Counted from the first letter of the stretch, positions 19,220-28,896 are shown. The stretch is DNA of 64,000 nt from an uncultured Planctomycetia bacterium (GCA_964420965.1 CAYQUQ010000001.1:31544-95543), one strand, 5' to 3'. Program-made: numbers and translations. The notes: generated by a model from the letters alone, not told the origin.

Positions 19220-22200
19220 ATGCTGTCATTTTTTCAGAGGCAGAAGGCCACTGTCTCTCTCCGCTTATTAGGTGCATTACTCATTTTCTTTCTGTTTATC
19301 TCTCTAGCCGCTACCTACTTACCTAAGAGATCACCGAAGTATGCTGATTTTCTTCCTCCCCCCGGCAAACTAGTAGCTTTAACCCCCGCCTTTATCCCGC
19401 CGCTTTTACGCGGCCTGACCATCTATCCCCAGGATCCTTTTCGCTTCGACTTCTATATCGAAAACGGCGACAAACACCTTAAAGATGAACAGTTTAAACA
19501 AGAATCCCGGCAGCTGATCAAGTACTTTTTAGCGGCCTTAACCATACCCGAGGAAGACTTCTGGGTCAACCTCTCCCCTTACGAACAAGAAAGAATCGCT
19601 CCTGAGGACTTAGGCGTAACCGAGCTGGGAAAAGCCCTCTTAGGCCAGGACTATATCTTAAAACAACTCCTGGCTTCCCTGATGCACCCGGACAGTGAGA
19701 CCGGAAAAGAGTTCTGGAAGCGGGTCTATAGACGCGCCCATGAGCTCTACGGCACGACCAAAATACCCATTAACACCTTCAACAAGATTTGGATTATGCC
19801 GGAGAAGGCCTTAGTTTACGCCCGGGACAATACCGCTTATGTGGTGGAAAGCCGCCTCAAAGTTTTACTGGAAGAAGACTACCTGGCCTTAAAGCAAAAT
19901 CTTAACCACCCGGCTCCCGGTTCGGAAAAGCTCTCGCCGGATAAGACCAAGGTTTTATGCCGGATATCTTCTAATCTGATCAAGGAAGTCATCCTGCCGG
20001 AAATCGAAACAGAAATCAACCAGGGAGAAAACTTCGCCTCTTTGAGGCAGGCCTTTAACGCCATGGTCTTAGCCGCCTGGTTTAAACGCCGCCTTAAAAC
20101 TCACCTCCTCAATCAGGTCTATACCGATAAAGCCAAACTCAAAGGTGTCGATCTTAAAGATAAAGCCACCAAACAAAAAATCTACCAGCAATACTTAGAG
20201 GCCTACCGGCAAGGCGTATACAACTACATCAAGACTGAATATGACCCCAATATGCAGAAAAACATTTCCCGCCAGTACTACAGCGGCGGCTTTGCCTGGG
20301 GAAAGCCCGGGGAATGGTTGGGTGAGACCGGCCAGGCCCCCTTATCCCGCCGGGAAGGAGCCAATGTCCAGGTGGCTTTGCGGGCGGAAATGGGGCAGAC
20401 AAGGAGAGTTTCCTCGCCCAGTGAGAGTAGTGGAGATGAGCTTAAGGTTCTCTATAACGCGGCTTTAGCCGGTGATAGTTCCGCGGTAAACCAGTTAAAG
20501 GCATTTGCTCTCTCTTCCGACCACGCCCTAGCCCAAAGCGCCTACGAATACCTGGATCACCTGGCCTACAAAGAAAGCAACTTAGAGAGCATCCAGGCCG
20601 TAAAGGAGCTGGCCCTTTCTGCGGATATACCCCGGGAAGCCAAACTTAATTCCAATAGCCAGGGTATCATCGATGACTTAGCTTATATCGTCCGGGAAGC
20701 CCAGCACCATATCAGCAGCGAAGCCCGCAAGGCGGCTTTAGACGCTTTAGAGGAAATCATGTTTGCTTATGCTAAGAGCGATACCAAGATAGCCGATTAT
20801 ATCTTAAACCGCATATTCACCCCCTTAAGGAATGGCTACATAAACACTATCCCCGACGGAGCCGAGCTGGCCACCCAGGCCTTAAAAAGAATGGTGGAGT
20901 CTGACCAGATCGGTTCAGGCTTAACTGCCCAGGCTTTAACGGCTAAACCGGAACAACCCTTAGCCGTATTTAATACCGTAACTGACCCGGCGGCCCAAGG
21001 ATATACCCCTGGGCATAAAAAGACAGCCTTGGAAAACTTAAACCTGGCCCAGGCCGCCCAGGTAATCCCCCGGATAAAGGAGCTGGTCTTCTCCCAGGAC
21101 CACGCCCTAGCCCAAAGCGCCTACGAATACCTGGATCACCTGGCCTACAAAGAAAGCAACTTAGACAGCATCCAGGCCGTGAAGGAGCTGGCCCTGTCTG
21201 CGGATATACCCCGGAAGGCTAAACTTGACTCCAATAACCAGGGCATTATCGATGACTTAGCTTATATCGTCCGGGAAATACAACTGAACGTCAGCAGAGA
21301 AGCCCGCAAGGCGGCCCTGGCGGCTTTAGAAGAGATCCTGTTTGCCTACGCTAACGATACCAACATAGCCGATTACATCTTGAACCGCGTATTCATCGCC
21401 CTAAGGGAACAGGTGATAAGCGCTATCCCCGACGGAGCCGAGCTGGCCACCCAGGCTTTAAAAAGAATGGTGGAGTCTGACCAGATCGGCCCAGGTTTAA
21501 CGGCCCGGGCCTTAACGGCTAAACCGGAACAACCCTTAGCCGTATTTAATACCGTAACTGACCCGGCGGCCCAAGGATATACCCCTGGGCATAAAAAGAC
21601 AGCCTTGGAAAACTTAAACCTGGCCCAGGCCGCCCAGGTAATCCCCCGGATAAAGGAGCTGGTCTTCTCCCAGGACCACGCCCTAGCCCAAAGCGCCTAC
21701 GAATACCTGGATCACCTGGCCTACAAAGAAAGCAACTTAGACAGCATCCAGGCCGTGAAGGAGCTGGCCCTGTCTGCGGATATACCCCGGAAGGCTAAAC
21801 TTGACTCCAATAACCAGGGCATCATCGATGACTTAGCTTATATCGTCCGGGAAACCCAGCACCATATCAGCAGCGAAGCCCGCAAAGCGGCCCTGGCGGC
21901 TTTAGGAGAGATTGCTGCCGCTGATTTTGCCGACGATGCTATCATCAGATACTTACAGAATGATAACGGCGTTAAAGCAATAATCCGCAGTACCTCACTA
22001 CCAGCTATCCCCCAAGATTTATGGGAGTTGCTACAAACAGCTAATCAGGATGCTCCTTCCAACAAGCAGATAAATTTAGAATCATTTATGGCTGACTACT
22101 GGCTTACCGTGGCCCGGCTTTACCACCTGGATCCACGCTATTGCCGCCAGATATTTGACGCTATCCTTTCCGGCCTGGGGCCAAAGCGGCTAGCGGCATT

Positions 22201-25200
22201 CTTAAAGGATATACAACCGGCCCTTTGGGATGAAACCATTTACCCAGCATTAAAGTCAATATTTAAACAGGCCCAAGAGCGGGATCATGCTTATGCCCAG
22301 AGAATTATCGAGTTAGCTGCCGCCTATAAGGATTTAGGGATCAGCCAGTTATTTGTGCAGCTGGCCGCGCAGGAAGCCCAAAAACGCCGGGTTACGGTCC
22401 GGCAGGTATATTTAGCTCTAGCCCAGGAGTTAATCAAAGCCTTTGCCCAGAAACTGGGAGTTACCCTGGACCGGGTGACTGCCGAGACCATTGAAAATTG
22501 GTATTTGCCTTATTTATCCAAGCTGTTTGTGGGCCGGCGCATTGTCTATGCTCACGGCAGCAGCCACCGGCCCCTGCAGCAGCTATTCGATTCAGTGATC
22601 AAGGCCACCCTGGAAGGTAAATTCGCTGAGATGATCACTGATACCAGTGATGCCAACGCTTATCCCATGGGTAAAAGAATTGCTGAGCAGAATCAGAAGG
22701 TGAGAAAAGCCTTAGAGTTATTAGGCATTGACTTAGAAGAGTGGTTAGGCTATCAAGAGGAAGCCCGGTTTAGCTTAGAGCAGGCCCAGGGCAGCCGGAT
22801 TGATGTGGCCGCAGAATTACAGGGCTTGGCCGAGCAGTTTTTCGCTCTTCTCGATAAGCTGCAGGAAAAGCACGGGAATATGGTCAGGGGTAGTTTAGGT
22901 AAGATGGGCTTAGAATTAGTGGAAGATGCTCAAGGCAGGCGTCTGGTTCAGAATAATGGTCGGCAGGAAACCAATCAGAAAGTGGCCCTTAAAGCCTTGA
23001 TGGGTTTATTATTTAAAAACCAGGGTAACTTCAGCAAACTCCAGAAAAGCTTGAATTTCCTGGATAGAAATTATCAGGGCCAGGAAGCGGCTACCTTAAT
23101 CTTCCACATCCGGGAAAAACTAGAGATGCTTAACCGCCTGGTCAATAATCCCGCAGAATTTAAAAAAGCCCTGGAAGGCCCGCAGGCATTTTTAATCCGC
23201 AGGTGGGCCCGAAATCCCGGCCGGGATATCTTCCAGGGTAACTTTACCGGATGCTGTGTGGCTATCGATAACGACTTACACCCGGAGGCCATTATCGAAT
23301 ACCTCATTGACCAGGGGATTCAGATTGTGGAGGTTGTTGATGAGGCTACCGGCTTAGCCGTAGCCCAGACATGGGTTTTTGTAGCCGTTAATCAAAACGG
23401 CAAGCCGGTTTTAGTTTTAGACAATATTGAAGTCGAGGAAACTTACCCTAAAACTTCCGGTCAGAATAAAATAATCCGTGATCACCTGGTAGCCTACATG
23501 CAGAAATATGCGCAGGCTATCGACGTCGAGGAGCTTTATTTAGGGGTAACCCAGTACAACGATGTGAACACCAGTGATTACCCCACTGTTTCTGATCAGT
23601 TGGTCAAGCCCGGGGGTTACCTCTGGGATTTTGAAGGCGCAAACTATACCTACTATTTAGAGTCCATGTACGGCGAAACCGTTCAGCAGAGTTCGCACCG
23701 CGCCGACGGAAGTATCCCTTCTACGGCCCGGCAGTTCCACCGCCTTCCTTTGCCTAAGCTTCCGCCTAAACCGGTGGATAATAGCCGGATCGGCGTCGAC
23801 CGCGTTCTACCCGATCAGGCCGAGGGGATTTTAGATCAACTGGTCCAGGTAGAGGCCGGGGCTTATTCTAATCCGGAATTAAGGCTGGGAAGAGAATTTT
23901 TACGCCACTCCGTAAATAATCCCCAGGGGGTCAATATGGTATTGCGCTACAAGGGAAGAATAATCGGCTACGCCCTCTCTGTTCCGGCTGAGGACGAGGA
24001 GGCTGCTCCCCAGATTCCCCACAGCCTTTACCTTGAGGATTTTGCTATTCTGCCCGAGTTCCGCAATAATCCGGCGGCCAATCTTAAGTTTATCCGGGGA
24101 TTTCTCCGGGAGGTAACCAACGGTACCTATCAGACCGTAACCCTGCATACTCATGGTGGGATTGTCAAATTTCTGGTGGATGATTTTGGCTTTGCCATAG
24201 TCGGTAAAGAAGATAATTGGCTTGATTCGGGAGAGACCTTTTATTTATTGCGCTGGGATAAGGCTTCTTCTTCGGTCTCCTCACCATCGTCTTCTCCCCG
24301 CAGAGAGGAGCTAGAGAGGTTACGCGATGCCCTGATGAATGCCGCGGAGAGATTAAAATCGAATCTCGTCCTACACCATAAGGAAGTAGAAGATTTTCAT
24401 AGCACAGTCAGTATATATAATGGACAAGAAATGACCACCGGAGAAATGCTGGATGAACTCAGAAGAGGTATGTATAGGATTAAAACCCGCGAAGAATTAA
24501 TGGATGAGTTGCACCTCTGGATGGATTGGCATATTGAGCATGCATTACATGTAGATAGTGTTGTTTCCCACGCTGCTTCCCGCAGCTCCAAACAAGTGGT
24601 AAGAGAATTGCTGATCAGAGAGTTCGATCTTAAGACTTTAATGTTGATCGATATAGAATATTTAGAGGGGGAAGGAAAAGGCTTTGCCCGGGGCGGATAC
24701 GGAATAGGTAAACACGAGAAATTAGACGAACCGAGACAAAAACAAGTAGCCCAGTGGTATAATCGCCATTTATATGAAGGATTCGAAGTCTTACAGACGG
24801 TTTTAGAAGAGCGGGAACTTCCCTGGGAAGTTGATTTTCAGGAGTATGAACAGTCATTTAAATTTTGGTTTCCTGACAATATTTCTCGGCCTATTGCCCG
24901 CGAGCGGCAGAGAGGGCAGACTTACGAAGATAGCGTGAATGCCAGTCTTGCGGAGGTTAATGCAGCCATTAAGGAGGTTAATGAGGAGTTACGCCAGTAT
25001 GCTGATCCCGATGAAAGTTCATCGTCCCCCAACGCCTCGTCCTCATCCCAGCCGGACGGTACAGGAAAAGATATTACCAGAAGAAGATTTTTGAAGCGTC
25101 TGACCGCGACTGCAACTGTAGCGACGGTAGCGCCTAATGATATCATTCTACCGGGATCCACGTTACCGTCTCCGGCATCTCCAGTCAGAATAAGTTATGC

Positions 25201-26281
25201 TCTTCTGCGCGATATGCTATCAGGAATAGGTGCTGTTCAAATGCCTACTACAGGGAGTCGGGGTAATTTAATTGTATTTGATGATTTTCCTTTTTGGTGG
25301 CATCTGCGGAGAGTATTGCCAGAGGGGCAGAAAGATGAAGCAGAAAAAATTGCAGAAAAATTACTGAGAGCGGCTGTGTTAGAGGCCAGACAGAGGCTGA
25401 GGACAGCAGGGATTATAGAGACAGGAGAGGCCGCAGAACAAGTTATTGGAGATATCGAGAGGGCATTCGATGATTCAGCCCATGAGGTTCGTAGAACGAT
25501 AGAGAAAGGAGGTTATTCAGAAGACCTGGTATACGATGCTATTAAAAAAGCACAAAAAGCAATAGCGCAACAGCAGGATAAAAAAGAGGATGGCCTTGAG
25601 CAACCAGAACCGGAGATCATGTACACCGACTCCGGCTTTCCGGACTTTGATATTACCCAGATGCAGGATATAGAGCTTATTGGACGAATTGAGGTAATCG
25701 AAGCTGACCTGTTCAGGCAGCTGCAGCTAAGGAGTGCTTCTGACCGGGATATCCGCACACTCGCCGGCCGTATCTATCTGGCCCAGCGGGCAGCAGAGGG
25801 AAGGGCTATGGCTGAAGTAACTGATCTTAGTCCGATTGGTAATATCACCCAAGATGATCTAGAGTCAATCGGCGGCCGCGTGTTAGGTCTGATGGGGATG
25901 AGCGGGGTAGGCGAAAGTCCGCCTGAAGGTCAACCCAAGCAGGCAGGACTTACCGTCTTATCAACGACAGATTCGTCTTCTCCCAACGCTTCGTCCTCAT
26001 CCCAGCCGACACGGAGGGGCAACAACGCCGCCGGGGAGGGTGTCGGCAGACCATTCCTCAAAGGTAACCAAACACCCGGCGGCATTGATTTTAACCCTGA
26101 TAACCTGGATTTACAGGTTATCGGGGATAATAGCAGGGAGCGGTCTCGACCGTTCCCTGCTGAATCTCAGCTTCCTTTCGATACCCATAATTTCCAAGGC
26201 TTTACCTTCCAGATTCTCAAAATCGAGCCGGTTACAGACCCAGTCCATATTACCAAAGGACCCCAGCTTTCTCGCCGCTAA
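19220..26281 (+). CDS. Giant modular protein (2353 aa): N-terminal membrane anchor/signal, helical repeats, GNAT-like domain, variable modules, GGIDF C-terminus
   Basis: Uninterrupted 7-kb ORF with GGAG RBS; hydrophobic N-terminus; Ser-rich linkers; LYLEDFAILPEFR GNAT-like motif. Confidence 0.9.
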   Translation: MLSFFQRQKATVSLRLLGALLIFFLFISLAATYLPKRSPKYADFLPPPGKLVALTPAFIPPLLRGLTIYPQDPFRFDFYIENGDKHLKDEQFKQESRQLIKYFLAALTIPEEDFWVNLSPYEQERIAPEDLGVTELGKALLGQDYILKQLLASLMHPDSETGKEFWKRVYRRAHELYGTTKIPINTFNKIWIMPEKALVYARDNTAYVVESRLKVLLEEDYLALKQNLNHPAPGSEKLSPDKTKVLCRISSNLIKEVILPEIETEINQGENFASLRQAFNAMVLAAWFKRRLKTHLLNQVYTDKAKLKGVDLKDKATKQKIYQQYLEAYRQGVYNYIKTEYDPNMQKNISRQYYSGGFAWGKPGEWLGETGQAPLSRREGANVQVALRAEMGQTRRVSSPSESSGDELKVLYNAALAGDSSAVNQLKAFALSSDHALAQSAYEYLDHLAYKESNLESIQAVKELALSADIPREAKLNSNSQGIIDDLAYIVREAQHHISSEARKAALDALEEIMFAYAKSDTKIADYILNRIFTPLRNGYINTIPDGAELATQALKRMVESDQIGSGLTAQALTAKPEQPLAVFNTVTDPAAQGYTPGHKKTALENLNLAQAAQVIPRIKELVFSQDHALAQSAYEYLDHLAYKESNLDSIQAVKELALSADIPRKAKLDSNNQGIIDDLAYIVREIQLNVSREARKAALAALEEILFAYANDTNIADYILNRVFIALREQVISAIPDGAELATQALKRMVESDQIGPGLTARALTAKPEQPLAVFNTVTDPAAQGYTPGHKKTALENLNLAQAAQVIPRIKELVFSQDHALAQSAYEYLDHLAYKESNLDSIQAVKELALSADIPRKAKLDSNNQGIIDDLAYIVRETQHHISSEARKAALAALGEIAAADFADDAIIRYLQNDNGVKAIIRSTSLPAIPQDLWELLQTANQDAPSNKQINLESFMADYWLTVARLYHLDPRYCRQIFDAILSGLGPKRLAAFLKDIQPALWDETIYPALKSIFKQAQERDHAYAQRIIELAAAYKDLGISQLFVQLAAQEAQKRRVTVRQVYLALAQELIKAFAQKLGVTLDRVTAETIENWYLPYLSKLFVGRRIVYAHGSSHRPLQQLFDSVIKATLEGKFAEMITDTSDANAYPMGKRIAEQNQKVRKALELLGIDLEEWLGYQEEARFSLEQAQGSRIDVAAELQGLAEQFFALLDKLQEKHGNMVRGSLGKMGLELVEDAQGRRLVQNNGRQETNQKVALKALMGLLFKNQGNFSKLQKSLNFLDRNYQGQEAATLIFHIREKLEMLNRLVNNPAEFKKALEGPQAFLIRRWARNPGRDIFQGNFTGCCVAIDNDLHPEAIIEYLIDQGIQIVEVVDEATGLAVAQTWVFVAVNQNGKPVLVLDNIEVEETYPKTSGQNKIIRDHLVAYMQKYAQAIDVEELYLGVTQYNDVNTSDYPTVSDQLVKPGGYLWDFEGANYTYYLESMYGETVQQSSHRADGSIPSTARQFHRLPLPKLPPKPVDNSRIGVDRVLPDQAEGILDQLVQVEAGAYSNPELRLGREFLRHSVNNPQGVNMVLRYKGRIIGYALSVPAEDEEAAPQIPHSLYLEDFAILPEFRNNPAANLKFIRGFLREVTNGTYQTVTLHTHGGIVKFLVDDFGFAIVGKEDNWLDSGETFYLLRWDKASSSVSSPSSSPRREELERLRDALMNAAERLKSNLVLHHKEVEDFHSTVSIYNGQEMTTGEMLDELRRGMYRIKTREELMDELHLWMDWHIEHALHVDSVVSHAASRSSKQVVRELLIREFDLKTLMLIDIEYLEGEGKGFARGGYGIGKHEKLDEPRQKQVAQWYNRHLYEGFEVLQTVLEERELPWEVDFQEYEQSFKFWFPDNISRPIARERQRGQTYEDSVNASLAEVNAAIKEVNEELRQYADPDESSSSPNASSSSQPDGTGKDITRRRFLKRLTATATVATVAPNDIILPGSTLPSPASPVRISYALLRDMLSGIGAVQMPTTGSRGNLIVFDDFPFWWHLRRVLPEGQKDEAEKIAEKLLRAAVLEARQRLRTAGIIETGEAAEQVIGDIERAFDDSAHEVRRTIEKGGYSEDLVYDAIKKAQKAIAQQQDKKEDGLEQPEPEIMYTDSGFPDFDITQMQDIELIGRIEVIEADLFRQLQLRSASDRDIRTLAGRIYLAQRAAEGRAMAEVTDLSPIGNITQDDLESIGGRVLGLMGMSGVGESPPEGQPKQAGLTVLSTTDSSSPNASSSSQPTRRGNNAAGEGVGRPFLKGNQTPGGIDFNPDNLDLQVIGDNSRERSRPFPAESQLPFDTHNFQGFTFQILKIEPVTDPVHITKGPQLSRR
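20519..21910 (+). repeat. Intragenic tandem repeat, ~2.4 copies of a 576-579 bp unit
   Basis: gaccacgccctagcccaaagcgcc recurs at 20519, 21098, 21674. Confidence 0.95.
26132..26161. repeat. REP-like palindrome in frame within the giant gene
   Basis: agcagggagcggtc-tc-gaccgttccctgct; near-identical to 62047-62076. Confidence 0.85.
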
Positions 26282-26287
26282 AGTTCC

Positions 26288-26442
26288 ATAAAGCAGCATT
26301 TTCTCACTAAGACACGATTTTGCCTTGCCTACGGCAGGCACACAAAAAATGGCTAAAAATCGGCTCCCAGCCTCCGGGCTCGCCGATTTTCTTAACGCCA
26401 TTTTTTGCTAAAATCGTGAAATGTTCGAAAATACTGCTTTAT
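26288..26442. repeat. Long imperfect inverted repeat (MITE-like or structured RNA)
   Basis: Nested arms ataaagcag/ctgctttat, cacgatttt/aaaatcgtg, caaaaaatggc/gccattttttg, aaaatcggc/gccgatttt. Confidence 0.75.
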
Positions 26443-26483
26443 TCCACGACTTATCAGGGCAGTAGGCCGTCTTAAAAAAAGGC

Positions 26484-26532
26484 TTGACTAAAACTTGAAA
26501 GATAGTAAAATTTTACTAATCAAATTTTACTA
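26484..26532 (+). promoter_or_regulatory. PKS-cluster promoter with overlapping operator-like palindrome
   Basis: TTGACT-16-TAAAAT; perfect palindrome TAGTAAAATTTTACTA at 26503-26518 and a partial copy aaattttacta at 26522. Confidence 0.6.
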
Positions 26533-26540
26533 GTTTTCCG

Positions 26541-28037
26541 ATGCATATCCAAAATCTGCTTACAAAACATACCCAAATTTGTCCCGGCAAAGCGGCCATA
26601 ATCTTTGAAGGCCGGGCTATTTCTTTCTCCGAGCTCAAAGAGAAGGCCTTGAGAGTCGGTAATTATTTATACCGTAGAGGTATCGGCAAAGAAGAAAAGG
26701 TCGCCCTTTTTCTGGCCAATACCCCCGAGGCCGTATTCAGTTTTCTGGGGGTATATGCGGTGGGGGCCTGTGTAGTCCCTCTGGATTTTATGCTCACCGA
26801 AGAGGAGGTTATAAATCTCCTTAACCACAGCCAGGCCAAAATTTTAATTACGTATCCCCGGAAAGGAGTAGATTTAGCCCAGGTCAAAAGCCGCTGTCCC
26901 CATTTACAGGAAATAGTCGTTTGCGCCGAAGCTGCGGCTGGTTTTACATCCTGGGATACTATGCTTAAGGAGAGCAAAGCCGATGAGATTCCGGTAACCA
27001 TTGATCAGAATGACCTTTCTTCTATATTTTATACTTCGGGGTCAACCGGCCATCCTAAAGGGGTAATGCTTAACTATGCGCATCTGGATAACCCCCCTTA
27101 CGCGGTAGATTATTTTTTAAAACTGTCCGCAGAGGATATATTCCTGTGCGGGGGGGTCCCTTTTTCTCACGTCGGCGGTTTAGTTTATATTCTGTTGACC
27201 CTGCGTTTTAGCACCACCCTGGTCCTGATGCGGCGTTTCCATCCTTTTGAGTTTTTGAAAAATATCCAGGAACACCGGGCTACTATTTTCTGTATTGTGC
27301 CGGCCATGTTTATGGCTATTTTATCCTTAAAAGATTATGAAGGCTTTGATTTTTCCTGCCTGCGCTATGCTGTTGTTTTTGGCGCTCCCTCTTCACCCGA
27401 ACTGCTTAAGCGTTTCCACCAGGCTTATCCTAAGGCTCAGTTAGGAAACGGCTGGGGTATGACTGAAACCGCTGCCCCCAACACTTTGTCCGTAGGCGAT
27501 GCCAACATAAGAAGTATCGGCAAATTCACGCCCAATATAGAGGTAAAGGTAATCAACGATAAAGGTGATAGCTTAGGGCCCAATCAGCGCGGCGAACTCA
27601 TGCTCAAGGGCCAGCCGGTAATGACCGGTTATTTTAAGGAGCCGGAATTGACCAGCCAGGCTTTAACCGGCGACGGCTGGCTTAAGACCGGGGACGTGGC
27701 CTATTTTGATGAGGCGGGTTTTTATTATATTGTGGGCCGTAAAAAAGACATGATTAAGGTCGCCGGAGAGATTGTATTCTCTGCCGAGGTCGAAGAAAAA
27801 ATTCTTAAGAATCCTAAAGTCCAAGAAGCAGCCGTTATCGGCGTCGCCGATAAATTGCGGGGAGAAGTACCCAAAGCCTTTATTGCGGCCAAAGCCGAGC
27901 AGACTTTAGACGAACAGGAGCTAAAAGAATTCTTAAAAGAACACCTGGCCCATTTTAAGATGCCCCATTATTTTGTGTTTGTGGATGAACTGCCTAAAAA
28001 CCGAACCGGGAAGATAGATAAGACCAGGTTAAGTTAA
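26541..28037 (+). CDS. Acyl-CoA synthetase / AMP-binding ligase
   Basis: YTSGSTGHPKG, GWGMTE, KTGD, GRKKDMI, PKNRTGK. Confidence 0.93.
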   Translation: MHIQNLLTKHTQICPGKAAIIFEGRAISFSELKEKALRVGNYLYRRGIGKEEKVALFLANTPEAVFSFLGVYAVGACVVPLDFMLTEEEVINLLNHSQAKILITYPRKGVDLAQVKSRCPHLQEIVVCAEAAAGFTSWDTMLKESKADEIPVTIDQNDLSSIFYTSGSTGHPKGVMLNYAHLDNPPYAVDYFLKLSAEDIFLCGGVPFSHVGGLVYILLTLRFSTTLVLMRRFHPFEFLKNIQEHRATIFCIVPAMFMAILSLKDYEGFDFSCLRYAVVFGAPSSPELLKRFHQAYPKAQLGNGWGMTETAAPNTLSVGDANIRSIGKFTPNIEVKVINDKGDSLGPNQRGELMLKGQPVMTGYFKEPELTSQALTGDGWLKTGDVAYFDEAGFYYIVGRKKDMIKVAGEIVFSAEVEEKILKNPKVQEAAVIGVADKLRGEVPKAFIAAKAEQTLDEQELKEFLKEHLAHFKMPHYFVFVDELPKNRTGKIDKTRLS

Positions 28038-28118
28038 GATCTCTCATCCCGTCCGCCAATGGCGGACGTCGGGATTCGAGATCAATTTTCCTGACTTAAG
28101 GTCAGGGGAAAATTGAGG
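28035..28118. repeat. Two-hairpin intergenic element, copy 2
   Basis: Matches 6652-6724; has an extra nested gtccgcca-a-tggcggac hairpin. Confidence 0.75.
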
Positions 28119-28127
28119 AGAATAACC

Positions 28128-28883
28128 ATGATGCAACGCGATATTCATATGACTGCCCAAGAGCTTCTCTATTCACTGCAATTTAAAGACGGCGATTTCG
28201 GGGAAATTGCTTTGGTCAGCGGTCAGCAGCACCGGGCCCAAATGTGCCTTAAGCACCTTGAAAACCACGTTAAGAATTTTACCTTTTTAGGTTATACCTT
28301 CTGGACCGGATTTTATAAGGGCAAAAAGGTAACTGTGGGTAACGGCGGCTTTTACGCCCCGGATTCGGCTTTGGCCACCGAACTTTTATGTGCCGGCGGA
28401 ATCAATACTTTTATCCGCCTGGGTTCCTGCGGGGCCTTGCGCCAAGATATCAATATCGGCGATTATGTCTTGGTTACCGATGTTCTCAGAGGCGACGGGA
28501 CAACCCGCTATTATGTTGCCGACGATTTTGTTCCCCGCATAAGCAGTGACTTAAGCGACAGCTTAGAGGCGGCTTTTAAGGAAGCCGGGCCGGTGCATCG
28601 GGGCGGAATCTGGACCACCGATGCCATATTCCGCGAGACCAAAGAAATAGTCAATCCCTATATCGAGAAGGGGGTCATTGCCGTGGACATGGTAACCTCG
28701 CCTTTTGTTACCGTAGCTAATTTAAACCACAAGAAAGTCGCCGCCATATGCGCAGTTTCCGATAATCTGATTACCGGCCAGATGGGCTTTACCGACTTCC
28801 GCTTTTTTGAAGCCGAAATGAAAATGACCGGTTTAGCCTTTAAGGCCATCGAAAATCTTATCGCGGCCCCGGCCCCGGATTAA
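28128..28883 (+). CDS. Nucleoside phosphorylase (PNP/UDP family)
   Basis: FIRLGSCGAL, RGDGTT, WTTDAIFRET, AVDM; ATG after GAGGAG preferred to TTG 28113. Confidence 0.85.
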   Translation: MMQRDIHMTAQELLYSLQFKDGDFGEIALVSGQQHRAQMCLKHLENHVKNFTFLGYTFWTGFYKGKKVTVGNGGFYAPDSALATELLCAGGINTFIRLGSCGALRQDINIGDYVLVTDVLRGDGTTRYYVADDFVPRISSDLSDSLEAAFKEAGPVHRGGIWTTDAIFRETKEIVNPYIEKGVIAVDMVTSPFVTVANLNHKKVAAICAVSDNLITGQMGFTDFRFFEAEMKMTGLAFKAIENLIAAPAPD

Positions 28884-28896
28884 CCAGGAGAAAATC

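Noticed and set aside
20519-21910. Long direct repeats as CRISPR or DGR template/variable repeats
   Set aside because: They are in-frame coding repeats with no spacers, no adenine-specific differences, and no cas or reverse transcriptase gene nearby.
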